Shown here: positions 17,876 through 27,158 of the stretch, piece after piece | Numbering within the stretch: position 1 is the stretch's first letter | How the letters are laid out: every line of letters starts with the position of its first letter | Origin: Lentimicrobiaceae bacterium | GTDB taxonomy: Bacteria > Bacteroidota > Bacteroidia > Bacteroidales > UBA4417 | DNA: 64,000 bases | Direction: 5' to 3' | Assembly: GCA_041753535.1 (NCBI GenBank) | Contig: JBGSUB010000033.1 | Coordinates: 531-64,530 of the forward strand | Translations under genes and position numbers: made by a program | The notes under the pieces: model-generated | Database searches by the model: none | What the model was told of the DNA's origin: nothing | Seen by the model: the letters and a program-made list of their open reading frames with translations, nothing else

Positions 17876-19273
17876 ATGATAGCTGAAAAACTCAGGTTAA
17901 AAGAAAAGATAGGTTACGGTTTCGGAGACATGGCTTCGTCTATGTTCTGGAAAATATTCGGGATGTACCTGCTGTTTTTCTACACAGATATATTTGGATT
18001 ACCGGCCGCTGCCGTAGGTACTATGTTTCTGATTACCAGGATCTGGGATACGCTTTTTGATCCCGTTGTTGGTGTGCTCAGCGACAGAACACGTTCGAAA
18101 TGGGGTAAATTCAGGCCTTATTTATTATGGTTTGCTCTTCCTTTCGGGCTTATTGGTACACTTATGTTTATTACACCTTCGTTCGGAACTACCGGGAAAC
18201 TGGTTTATGCATATATCACTTATTCGCTTATGATGATGGTATATTCCATGATCAATGTGCCTTACGCTTCGTTATTGGGTGTGATGTCGGCCGATGTTAA
18301 GGAGCGGAATATACTTTCTTCTTTTCGCATGGTGTTTGCGTTTATCGGAAGTTTTGTAGCCCTGATATTAATCGAGCCGCTTGTAGAACTCTTCACTAAC
18401 AGCACGGGCAGTGCACAAACCGGATGGACACTGGGAGTGATGGTGATTGCCATTTTATGTGTGCTGTTTTTTCTCGGGTGTTTCTACCTGACAAAAGAAC
18501 GGATCAAACCCATCGACAGTAAAAACGATTCATTAAAGGACGATATTAAAGATCTTTTTCGTAACAAACCCTGGTGGATTTTACTCGGAGCAGGAATTGC
18601 AGCCCTCATATTTAACTCCATACGCGATGGTGCTGCAGTATATTATTTCAAATATTATGTTCAGGATTCAGGAAACTTTAAATTGCCTCTATTAAGTGCA
18701 TCGCTTACTTATACAACACTTTACCTGGTTCTTGGCCAGGCATTTAACATTGTTGGGATTATTTTCGTAACACCTCTTTCGAACAAATTCGGTAAGAAAA
18801 GCATCTATCTCGGCGCCATGGTTATGGCCACTGCACTTAGCATTGGTTTCTTTTTCCTTCCTAACGAAAACATAGCGCTTATAATGCTCATGCAATGCCT
18901 TATCAGCATGTGTGCAGGAAGTATTTTCCCATTGTTATGGTCTATGTACGCTGATATTTCCGATTACTCGGAATGGAAAACAGGACGACGTGCAACCGGA
19001 TTGATATTTTCATCTTCATCCATGTCGCAAAAATTTGGCTGGACATTGGGGGGAGCTCTTACAGGGTGGCTCCTTGGATATTACGGGTTTCAAGCCAATA
19101 TGGTACAAACCGGTGAAGTTCAGAACGGCATACGCCTGATGCTGAGTATTTTTCCTGCAGTAGGAACAATATTGTCGGTGATATTCATTTCCATCTACCC
19201 GCTTAATGAAAAAACAATGAGCCGGGTAAGCATCGAGTTAAATGACAAACGCCTGAATTCCCAACCCAGTTAA
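17876..19273 (+). CDS. GPH-family (MelB-like) sugar:cation symporter, probably for mannobiose
   Basis: EKIGYGFGDMAS, DRTRSKWGKFRPYLLW, INVPYASL, DYSEWKTGRRATG; about 12 TM helices; operon context. Confidence 0.92.
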   Translation: MIAEKLRLKEKIGYGFGDMASSMFWKIFGMYLLFFYTDIFGLPAAAVGTMFLITRIWDTLFDPVVGVLSDRTRSKWGKFRPYLLWFALPFGLIGTLMFITPSFGTTGKLVYAYITYSLMMMVYSMINVPYASLLGVMSADVKERNILSSFRMVFAFIGSFVALILIEPLVELFTNSTGSAQTGWTLGVMVIAILCVLFFLGCFYLTKERIKPIDSKNDSLKDDIKDLFRNKPWWILLGAGIAALIFNSIRDGAAVYYFKYYVQDSGNFKLPLLSASLTYTTLYLVLGQAFNIVGIIFVTPLSNKFGKKSIYLGAMVMATALSIGFFFLPNENIALIMLMQCLISMCAGSIFPLLWSMYADISDYSEWKTGRRATGLIFSSSSMSQKFGWTLGGALTGWLLGYYGFQANMVQTGEVQNGIRLMLSIFPAVGTILSVIFISIYPLNEKTMSRVSIELNDKRLNSQPS

Positions 19274-19301
19274 ATCCTTATTCATTCGAAACATTAGTAT
19301 A

Positions 19302-20564
19302 ATGTACGCCACTAGGACATCGGTCGAACAACTAAACCACCTTTACAAAGAGCTGGAATGGGAGATGAATGAAAATATTCTCCCTTTCTGGATGAAGCAA
19401 GTTGCAGATCATGAAAACGGAGGATTCTTTGGTCGGATTACAAATGACGGAATTGCTGTGAAAGATGCTCCTAAAGGAGCAGTTCTTAACGCGCGAATTC
19501 TATGGACTTTTTCGGCCGCATACAACCTGACCGGTCGCACCGAATACCTTAAATATGCCCAAAGAGCCTATTCCTATTTCACAAAGTACTTTATTGATTC
19601 GAAATATGGTGGGGTGGTTTGGTCAATAACAGCAAACGGTGAAATCCTGAACGACCGTAAACAAATCTATGCCCAGGCTTTTGCGATTTATGCTTTTTCA
19701 GAATATTACCTGGCAACCGGCGAGCAAGAATCAATTTTACTTGCTTCTGACCTTTATGGCTTCATCGAAAAACACGCTTTCGACACAAAACGCAATGGTT
19801 ATATCGAAGCCCGCTCCCGCGAATGGGAACCTCTTGAAGATCTTCGGCTGAGCGAAAAAGATGCCAATGAGCCTAAGAGTATGAACACTCATCTTCATAT
19901 ACTTGAAGCCTATACAAAGCTTTTCGAAGTATGGAAAGATGATGATCTGGGAAAGAGCCTTTATAACCTAATAAAAATACATACCGATAAAATTCTGTCG
20001 GCCAAAAACGGGCATTTCAACTTGTTTTTTGATATGGATTGGAACCCGAAGTCGGAACAGTATTCCTTCGGCCACGACATTGAGGGAGCCTGGCTTATAA
20101 CCGAAGCAGCAAGAGTTCTGGGCATTAAGGTAGTAACCGAACAAGCAGAACACCTGGCAGTAATAATGGCCGGAATTACGCTGCAGGAAGGAATTGCGGA
20201 AGATGGATCACTCTATAACGAGGGATTAAAAGGCCAGGTTATAGATACAGATCGTCATTGGTGGCCACAAGCCGAAGCAATTATCGGTTTTATAAATGCA
20301 TGGGAAATAAGCAAAAATCCCAAATTTCTGATTGCAGCTCAAAATACCTGGTATTTTATAAAATCCAACATGCGCCATCCCTCAGGCGAATGGTGGTGGT
20401 TGGTAAACGAAAAATATGAACCCGACAATACCCAGGATCTGGCCGGCGAATGGAAATGCCCTTATCATAACAGCCGTTGTTCCATGGAGGCAATGAAACG
20501 AATAAAAAAACATATTGAAAGCAACTATCCTGAATTGCTAAAATCTCTATCCGGCGAAAATTGA
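19302..20564 (+). CDS. Cellobiose/mannobiose 2-epimerase (AGE family)
   Basis: NILPFW, KGAVLNARILWTFS, KQIYAQAF, KSMNTHLHILEAY, SFGHDIE, WWPQAEA, WKCPYHNSR; all three catalytic His motifs present. Confidence 0.95.
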   Translation: MYATRTSVEQLNHLYKELEWEMNENILPFWMKQVADHENGGFFGRITNDGIAVKDAPKGAVLNARILWTFSAAYNLTGRTEYLKYAQRAYSYFTKYFIDSKYGGVVWSITANGEILNDRKQIYAQAFAIYAFSEYYLATGEQESILLASDLYGFIEKHAFDTKRNGYIEARSREWEPLEDLRLSEKDANEPKSMNTHLHILEAYTKLFEVWKDDDLGKSLYNLIKIHTDKILSAKNGHFNLFFDMDWNPKSEQYSFGHDIEGAWLITEAARVLGIKVVTEQAEHLAVIMAGITLQEGIAEDGSLYNEGLKGQVIDTDRHWWPQAEAIIGFINAWEISKNPKFLIAAQNTWYFIKSNMRHPSGEWWWLVNEKYEPDNTQDLAGEWKCPYHNSRCSMEAMKRIKKHIESNYPELLKSLSGEN

Positions 20565-21757
20565 AAAACAGAACTTCACATTTACCAAAAATGGCTGCAA
20601 AAGCTGGTCTGATGATCGCAGTTTTATTTCTATGCCAGTGTGTTATGGCACAACGCGATGTTTCAATGTTTAAACCCTCAGATGGACAGGCTGACGCAGG
20701 TATTGTAAATCTTTACAGGAATATGGCTATGCTGGCTCCTGACTATATAATGATCGGCCACCAGGATGCACTGTCGTATGGGATAAACTGGAAAAAAGGG
20801 AAAGACCGTTCGGATCTCAAAGACCTGACAGGTTCGCATCCGGCAGTATTTGGATGGGATATAGGTGCTATTGAACTTGGTAGTCCTGTTAACCTCGACT
20901 CGGTTCCGTTTGATGAAATGAGGAAAAACATAATCCATATCTACCTTAAAGGAGGTATTAATACCATAAGTTGGCATGCATATAACCCGGTAACTGGCAA
21001 AAGTTCGTGGGTCGATGACAAAAACAATTCGAATGGTATTGTTGCAAAAATACTTCCCGGCGGCAGTCATCATGAAGAATTTAAAAAGCAGCTCGATAAA
21101 GTTGCTGATTTCATGAAATCGCTGAAAGCACCCGATGGCAGCCTTGCCCCGGTAATTTTCAGGCCCTGGCACGAAAATTCAGGCAACTGGTTCTGGTGGG
21201 GCGCAATACATTGCAGCGTTGATGAATATAAATCGCTTTACCGGTTTACGGTCGATTACCTGCGAAACACGCATCACCTTCACAACCTGCTTTATGCCTA
21301 TTCGCCTGATGTAGGATTTAAAGATGCTACAGGCTACCTGGAACGATACCCTGGTGATGATTTAGTTGATATTATCGGGCTGGATGATTATAATTCGCTC
21401 AACACCGGCCATCCTGAAAAGCTGATCAGCAACCTGGAGGTTATTGCTCAGATTGCGATTGATCATAACAAGATTGCAGCATTTACCGAAACAGGGATCA
21501 ACCGTGTTGAACGTAAGGAATATTTCACCAAAGAACTGCTTCCCTGCCTGGATCATTCGGAGTTAACACGTTCCATATCCTGGGTTCTGTTCTGGCGAAA
21601 TGCAGATGAAAAGCAACATTTTATGCCTGCTCCGGGGCATCCGGCAGCAAATGACTTTATTGAATTCAGTAAAAATAAACGTATTCTGATGCTGAACAAT
21701 ATCCCTGATATGTATAAGTATTACAAAAAGATAAACCTTACAGTAAAAGACATTTAA
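20561..21757 (+). CDS. GH26 beta-mannanase (ManA-like, probably periplasmic)
   Basis: GHQD, HPAVFGWD, ISWH, IFRPWHENSGNWFWWG, YPGDD.VDIIGLDDY, AFTETG, FWRNA. Start may be ATG 20591. Confidence 0.93.
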   Translation: MKNRTSHLPKMAAKAGLMIAVLFLCQCVMAQRDVSMFKPSDGQADAGIVNLYRNMAMLAPDYIMIGHQDALSYGINWKKGKDRSDLKDLTGSHPAVFGWDIGAIELGSPVNLDSVPFDEMRKNIIHIYLKGGINTISWHAYNPVTGKSSWVDDKNNSNGIVAKILPGGSHHEEFKKQLDKVADFMKSLKAPDGSLAPVIFRPWHENSGNWFWWGAIHCSVDEYKSLYRFTVDYLRNTHHLHNLLYAYSPDVGFKDATGYLERYPGDDLVDIIGLDDYNSLNTGHPEKLISNLEVIAQIAIDHNKIAAFTETGINRVERKEYFTKELLPCLDHSELTRSISWVLFWRNADEKQHFMPAPGHPAANDFIEFSKNKRILMLNNIPDMYKYYKKINLTVKDI

Positions 21758-21814
21758 GATAAAATTACCAGTTGATTGAGGTTTGGTTGGTAATTGGTTG
21801 GTTGAATTGAGGTG

Positions 21815-21846
21815 AAACTTCCCTGCGAAAGCGGGGAAGTTTTTTT
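21815..21846 (+). terminator. Intrinsic terminator of the mannan catabolic operon
   Basis: AAACTTCCCTGC-gaaa-GCGGGGAAGTTT followed by a T run. Confidence 0.85.
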
Positions 21847-21963
21847 GCTACTTGTCAGAGAGTTGTGAATGGTTTTACCATTTAAAAGACTCAAAATTAA
21901 TTGAATTAATATTATCAAAGTGCTCCATGAACCAGGTCCGATTGCGGATTTGAGATGGAATAT

Positions 21964-23151
21964 TTAATCAACTACAATTTTAAATCCAGCCGGCTTATCC
22001 TTACCCTTTATCCTAAGCAAATAAATGCCCGGCAGTAAACGCCTCTGCAGGACTATCTTATCGTTGTCTGACCTTCCCGCTTGAATAAGCCTTCCATCAA
22101 TATTCAGCAGTATATAATTAAATTCCGAATGATCATTGCCTGCCACATATAGAATGTGATCAGCTGATTTAATGGGATTTGGAAACACGCTAATCCCTGA
22201 AGTTTCCTTTAATTCACTAAATCCGTTTGATGAATTGCAGTTTGAAACATCAACATTCCGGTGAATATTTAAGAAATTCAACAATACTGCCGCCAGGGAA
22301 TCGGCAAATTTTACCCGGTTTGATTCACTGTCGCGGATACCTGAATAATTGCACTCCATCTGCACCCCGTTTACTGTATTTCCGGAAGCATAACAGGTAT
22401 GCTCCGCAATATTATATCCGCCGCTGTAATAATTTGTTTTTGTGCCCGGGAAAGGTATTTGCAGGCTTGGTACACTGGGGTATCCTTTATTGCCAAGCAA
22501 AGTTCCTAAAGCTAAATCGCCTCTCAACAACTGCGAGTGGGATAAATTGGCAGCATTATTGTAAACCAGATTCTTTACTGTGCTGTAATTGATATACTTA
22601 GAAGTATTCAGTATTGAATCAGCCAATTCCAGTTCATCATCATACAATAAATAACCCAGTTCTATTCGCTGAATAGAATTGCCATGTCCATGCAGATCAA
22701 TATAGATGGTATTTTCATTAAATTTTATATTCGCAATAAGTTGAGCTGTATCTATATAGTTATGGAATTCGTTCCATGCAATTTTTGCTTCTGGATTTCC
22801 ACAAGCTCCATCGGAGAGATTTCTGTTGCAATCTAATTTTGATCTTTTAAGGTGATTGTAAATTATATGAGGATAACAACCGGTAAGTTCAAATAATGAA
22901 GCGCTGATTTTTTCAGCTAATTCGATCGAGAAAGCATCAGTAGCAAATACCGGATTATTGCATGTCCGGTCAGGAATAGAATTGGGACTTGTATATCCGC
23001 CATGCGGCACAGAAATAACTATTGGTAAAGTGCCAACCTGGTATTCGATATAATTATTGGTGCCGAAAAGTGTTTCCTGACTAAAAGCAGCATTCGCAGC
23101 CAACAGGCAGGTGAACCAAAAGATTATAATTTGCCTGTAAGTATTTTTCAT
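21964..23151 (-). CDS. T9SS-secreted protein with an N-formylglutamate amidohydrolase-like domain
   Basis: Signal peptide; ISVPHGG, R.KLDCNR, FHNYI, IDLHGH, GVQME; C-terminal VFPNP...PGIYLLRI...KIVV. Confidence 0.7.
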   Translation of the reverse strand: MKNTYRQIIIFWFTCLLAANAAFSQETLFGTNNYIEYQVGTLPIVISVPHGGYTSPNSIPDRTCNNPVFATDAFSIELAEKISASLFELTGCYPHIIYNHLKRSKLDCNRNLSDGACGNPEAKIAWNEFHNYIDTAQLIANIKFNENTIYIDLHGHGNSIQRIELGYLLYDDELELADSILNTSKYINYSTVKNLVYNNAANLSHSQLLRGDLALGTLLGNKGYPSVPSLQIPFPGTKTNYYSGGYNIAEHTCYASGNTVNGVQMECNYSGIRDSESNRVKFADSLAAVLLNFLNIHRNVDVSNCNSSNGFSELKETSGISVFPNPIKSADHILYVAGNDHSEFNYILLNIDGRLIQAGRSDNDKIVLQRRLLPGIYLLRIKGKDKPAGFKIVVD

Positions 23152-23247
23152 TTATGATTGTTTCTTTTACCCGGAATGTTTAAAAAATAAAAAGCCTTGC
23201 CAGGCATTGCTGCACTGGCAAAGGTTCAATCAAACACCAACAATTTT

Positions 23248-24435
23248 TTACCTGCGTTTAGGTGCTTTTGAAACAGTCTCTTGCTCAAAATCCTGCATAA
23301 AGACCGATTTACCTGCCTCATTTGTTATTTTAATATCATCAATAAACATGGAAAAGGCATCCGATGACAAACAGCCTATTTTAAGAGCTACTGTCTTTCC
23401 GGCAAATGATGATAAATCGTAGGTGTAGTTATTCCAGGTAGTTGGCGGAACAATATAGCTATCGACAGTTGTAATCCAATGAACTGTTCCTGCTTCAATT
23501 AATTGTATTGCAAAGCGATCGGTGCCGTATTCATCAGAAAGGGATTTTATCCAAAGTGAGAGTTTATAATTATCGCCCAGAACAACTTCAGGGCTGATCA
23601 TCCAGTCATCGTTATGCGTTACATCACCTACAAACTTTGCCGAGAAACATGCAGCATATTTATTCCCGCTATGTGCCAGAAAGCGCTCCTGGTCGGTTGA
23701 CGGAGGTACCGTTTGCGAAGGATTAAAAACGATAAATGAACCTGTGTAACCATAATTAGGGAAATCAATTCCTGAAACTCCCCATGTTGGCGCTCCATCA
23801 TTGTCGATCAATGTCCAGTTGCCAAAATCGGTGATGGAAAAATCAGGATAGTCTTCAAAACCTTCGGAAAGCAATACTCCGGCAGTTTCAACAACAAGCG
23901 GTAAGGCCTTTTGTGAACTTCCGATTGAATTAGATGCAGTTAGCTGAACCGAAAAGGAACCTGATTCAGTGTAAATATGTGCAGGGTTTTCGAGCGTTGA
24001 TGTTGCACCGTCCCCGAAATCCCATAAATAACTGTCTGCTTTTAGCGAACAATTTGTGAATGTAACTTCTTCGCCAACTTTAGAGGTTGAGCTGCTGGCA
24101 GTAAAGCAAGCCACCGGCATAGGATTTTCGTTAATCGTTATGGTCTGCGTCTGAACAGCAGTTTTTTCACCGTTCCAAACCGTGAGCTTCAGTTCGTAAA
24201 CACCAGGATGTAAATAGGCACGATTAATAACATTTGCAGTTGACACCTCTCCGTCGCCGAATTCCCAGTAATAAGCTGTAGCATTTTCGGAACAATTGGT
24301 AAATTCGAGGGTTTCATTTTCAATGGCAGTGGTTTTGCTAACCGTAAAACATGCCGTTGGATTCGTTTCTTCTTTTTTACATCCTGAATAAATTGCCAGG
24401 ATACTAATCAACAAAAGAGGGAATATTTTTTTCAT
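23248..24435 (-). CDS. Lipoprotein with two PKD domains and a choice-of-anchor J/cleaved-adhesin-type domain
   Basis: Probable start MKKIFPLL (24435); lipobox YSGC; two FTNCS...Y.W.FGDG repeats; EGFE...WTLIDNDG...NDDWMISP...YDLSSFAGK...FIDDI. Confidence 0.8.
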   Translation of the reverse strand: MKKIFPLLLISILAIYSGCKKEETNPTACFTVSKTTAIENETLEFTNCSENATAYYWEFGDGEVSTANVINRAYLHPGVYELKLTVWNGEKTAVQTQTITINENPMPVACFTASSSTSKVGEEVTFTNCSLKADSYLWDFGDGATSTLENPAHIYTESGSFSVQLTASNSIGSSQKALPLVVETAGVLLSEGFEDYPDFSITDFGNWTLIDNDGAPTWGVSGIDFPNYGYTGSFIVFNPSQTVPPSTDQERFLAHSGNKYAACFSAKFVGDVTHNDDWMISPEVVLGDNYKLSLWIKSLSDEYGTDRFAIQLIEAGTVHWITTVDSYIVPPTTWNNYTYDLSSFAGKTVALKIGCLSSDAFSMFIDDIKITNEAGKSVFMQDFEQETVSKAPKRR

Positions 24436-24461
24436 GACTTTTCTAATAATTGCGATCATTT

Positions 24462-25676
24462 TTAAATACCAAACAAATTCTTATAGGAATCAAGAACTTT
24501 CTGATCCAGCCAATCGTAAAACAAGCCCAGTTCTTTAGTATCTAGATTTTTCGAACGCCAGGATTCCATTTTAACTTTGGTCTGCTTGATAATTTCCTTA
24601 TCCACAGGTTCAATCAACTGCCGAACGCCGGTTTTTTCTGCGTTGACCACTTTGGTGAGATTGATATAGTATTTTCCTGAACCTCTGCGGATAGGAACCA
24701 TAACTTTTTTGAGTAACAGCGATTTATCGCATACCGGGGCATTTTCACCTGCAGCTGCCGTAACCACTTTGGGCAGCGTTCCGTTCTTATCAAGTAATAC
24801 CGGAACAACAATTGACGAGAGCGGAAATCCAACGCGTGACCACATAATTGTATATTCAGGATTCTCTTTCGGAATAACGCCCTGGATTACCACGGAAGAA
24901 ACACTGCTATAACGGTTGATGCAGTCCTGGTTATACATAAAATGCGATTGCTGACTGCTTTGTGTCAAAGCTTCTGACACACTTTCGCCGGTAAGTGAGT
25001 TTTCAAGCGAAGTCATCATAGTATTAATGATATAGTCAACACTCAGATTCTGCTGTGCAGAGGCCTGGTAGAATAATTGCTCCGCGGTTTCGTAACGGAT
25101 ATAGCCGGCTCCCTTAGATGGCTCACCGGCAAAGCTGTAATTGGTGTGTATTATATAACCATGAGGGGCGAGAAGCTTATCGTTGACATCTAACTTAGTG
25201 TAATTAAAATTATCTGTTTCAAAATATGCCGCGCCGCCAAAAGCATCGATCACACCGAAATTAGCTTCAACTCCCATTGGTTTGGGGTATGTGCGGATAA
25301 ATGCTTCAAATTCATCAACCGTCGCACACGAGAGAAGTGCTTTTTTCATAAAAGAGCCCTCTTGTTCCGAGAAACTGGTAGTATCATCACCTTTAAGGTT
25401 ATAGGACGCTGAATTCATAATGGCAAACCCCGCGTTATTGAATCCAATCCAGATATTTTCTGGCTCACTATCGTCGGAATCAATTAATGCAACTGCGTGG
25501 TATTTTTCTCCTTTCAGATGAACGATTTTGTTGTTGAAAGCATCACTGTCGCGTTGTTTCCAAAGCAATGGTCTGCCATCGTTGGTGAATTTCCCGGAAA
25601 TTATCACGGTTGTGCATGCAAATCCGGCATTTACGGCGTAAAGTGTAAGGATTATGAAGGTTAGTATATGTTTCAT
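24462..25676 (-). CDS. Exported Ntn-fold amide hydrolase (C45/acyl-transferase-like, N-terminal Cys nucleophile)
   Basis: Signal ending AGFA, then CTTVIISGK..DGRPLLWKQRD; G.N..GFAIMNS; ANFGVIDA.GGAAYFE; IHTNYS; GYIRY. Confidence 0.75.
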   Translation of the reverse strand: MKHILTFIILTLYAVNAGFACTTVIISGKFTNDGRPLLWKQRDSDAFNNKIVHLKGEKYHAVALIDSDDSEPENIWIGFNNAGFAIMNSASYNLKGDDTTSFSEQEGSFMKKALLSCATVDEFEAFIRTYPKPMGVEANFGVIDAFGGAAYFETDNFNYTKLDVNDKLLAPHGYIIHTNYSFAGEPSKGAGYIRYETAEQLFYQASAQQNLSVDYIINTMMTSLENSLTGESVSEALTQSSQQSHFMYNQDCINRYSSVSSVVIQGVIPKENPEYTIMWSRVGFPLSSIVVPVLLDKNGTLPKVVTAAAGENAPVCDKSLLLKKVMVPIRRGSGKYYINLTKVVNAEKTGVRQLIEPVDKEIIKQTKVKMESWRSKNLDTKELGLFYDWLDQKVLDSYKNLFGI

Positions 25677-25697
25677 ATTTCTGCAGTTTTAGACTAT

Positions 25698-27119
25698 TTA
25701 TTGATAGAATGGATTTTGTACCAGTAAATTATTGATTTCCATTTCCTGCTGGGGAATAGGTAAAATGAGGTTTCCTGCATCATAGGGAAGATCTCCGATG
25801 TTCATATGCCAGCGTTTCAGGTCATGAAGCCTGAAGCCTTCCCAGCATAACTCGCGGTAGCGCTCAGTCATAATCTGATCGAGTGTTACGGGCAGAGAAT
25901 ATTGAGAGGCTTGTGCCCTGTACCTGATCAGATTTATATCCTTGGTCGGACTATTTGGCCCTGCAATTTGTCCACCTGACTGCAGAATCATAAAATTCGA
26001 CTCCGCCCTGATGAGGATTAATTCGGCCAGCCGGATCATAGGGATAGCTGCATAGTAATTGGCATATTTAAATGTATTGATACCTCCGCTCCTAATGGTT
26101 CCAACACCAATATAATACATGCTGTCGATGTTTTCCCAGGTATAGCTCGGCTGAGTATTCAGCTTGATCTGACCACGGAGGTCGCCGGGTTCAAAAATAT
26201 CAAAAAATGAGGGTCCCATCTGGTAATCGCCCCTGCCCATTCCATTGAGACTTGCATAGCGTTCGGTGAGCCAGATGGTATTGCTGGTAAGGTTATTCTG
26301 GAGGTCAAAAATATCTTCGACAGAGTTTGATGCGTTATTAAAGCCCTGTTTAGGAGAAGCTATCAAATGGTATTTACCTGATTCGATTACGCTATTCGCT
26401 TCGGCAGCAGCTTCAGCAAATTTACCTTGCTGGAGATAAACTCTGGCCAGTAACGACGCTGCTGCATACGAATCGGCCCAGAAACCGTTGCTTTCGGGCA
26501 AAAGGCTTTTGGCTAGAAGCAGGTCAGCAATTACCTGTGTATAGCATTCTTCCACCGTATTCCGGGCAACCGGAATTGCCTGGCTGGCTTGTGTGGTAGG
26601 CGAAAGCACCAGTGGAACACCAGACTGACTGTTTTCCTGCCCGCTTATATAGGGCAAGCCCCACAGACGGGTCATTTCAAAGTAGGTCCATGCGCGCAGA
26701 AACAACGCTTCGCCCTTCACCTGGTCGCGATCCTGTTCTTCAATTACATCAATTACTCCCAAAACATTATTTACCGTATTGATCAGGTGATAGGAATCAA
26801 TCCACGAACTGGCGATGTATGAATTATTAACTGTAATTGTTTTTGTAATAATTTCAAGCGGTTCGCGGTTCGAACCTACATGCTGAAGATCGCCGGTAGA
26901 AGCCAGCAATTCGGAGTACTCATTAAACTGGCTTCCCATAGTCCAGCGCGAACGGGCATAAACATAAGCGCCTACCAGTGTAGCTTTGATATTTTCGGGA
27001 GTTGAGAGTGCAATGTCGGCATTCATCGACTGTTGCGGCTCAATATCCAGGTTTTTGTCGCAGGCAGAGATGAACAGCGTTGCAAAAATTGTGAGTATTA
27101 GTATAGATAAGGATTTCAT
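25698..27119 (-). CDS. SusD/RagB-family lipoprotein
   Basis: Lipobox ISAC; GEALFLRAW.YF, A.SLLARVYL, RLAELILIRAE, ERYRELCWEGFR.HDLKRW, LPIPQ.E...N..L.QNP. Confidence 0.93.
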   Translation of the reverse strand: MKSLSILILTIFATLFISACDKNLDIEPQQSMNADIALSTPENIKATLVGAYVYARSRWTMGSQFNEYSELLASTGDLQHVGSNREPLEIITKTITVNNSYIASSWIDSYHLINTVNNVLGVIDVIEEQDRDQVKGEALFLRAWTYFEMTRLWGLPYISGQENSQSGVPLVLSPTTQASQAIPVARNTVEECYTQVIADLLLAKSLLPESNGFWADSYAAASLLARVYLQQGKFAEAAAEANSVIESGKYHLIASPKQGFNNASNSVEDIFDLQNNLTSNTIWLTERYASLNGMGRGDYQMGPSFFDIFEPGDLRGQIKLNTQPSYTWENIDSMYYIGVGTIRSGGINTFKYANYYAAIPMIRLAELILIRAESNFMILQSGGQIAGPNSPTKDINLIRYRAQASQYSLPVTLDQIMTERYRELCWEGFRLHDLKRWHMNIGDLPYDAGNLILPIPQQEMEINNLLVQNPFYQ

Positions 27120-27158
27120 AAAGCTTAATTTTTAGGTGTTGTTGATTGAAATGAACAG

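Noticed and set aside
21775-21812. TTGG-rich short repeats after the GH26 gene
   Set aside because: Short low-complexity 3' UTR sequence ahead of a terminator, with no further structure.
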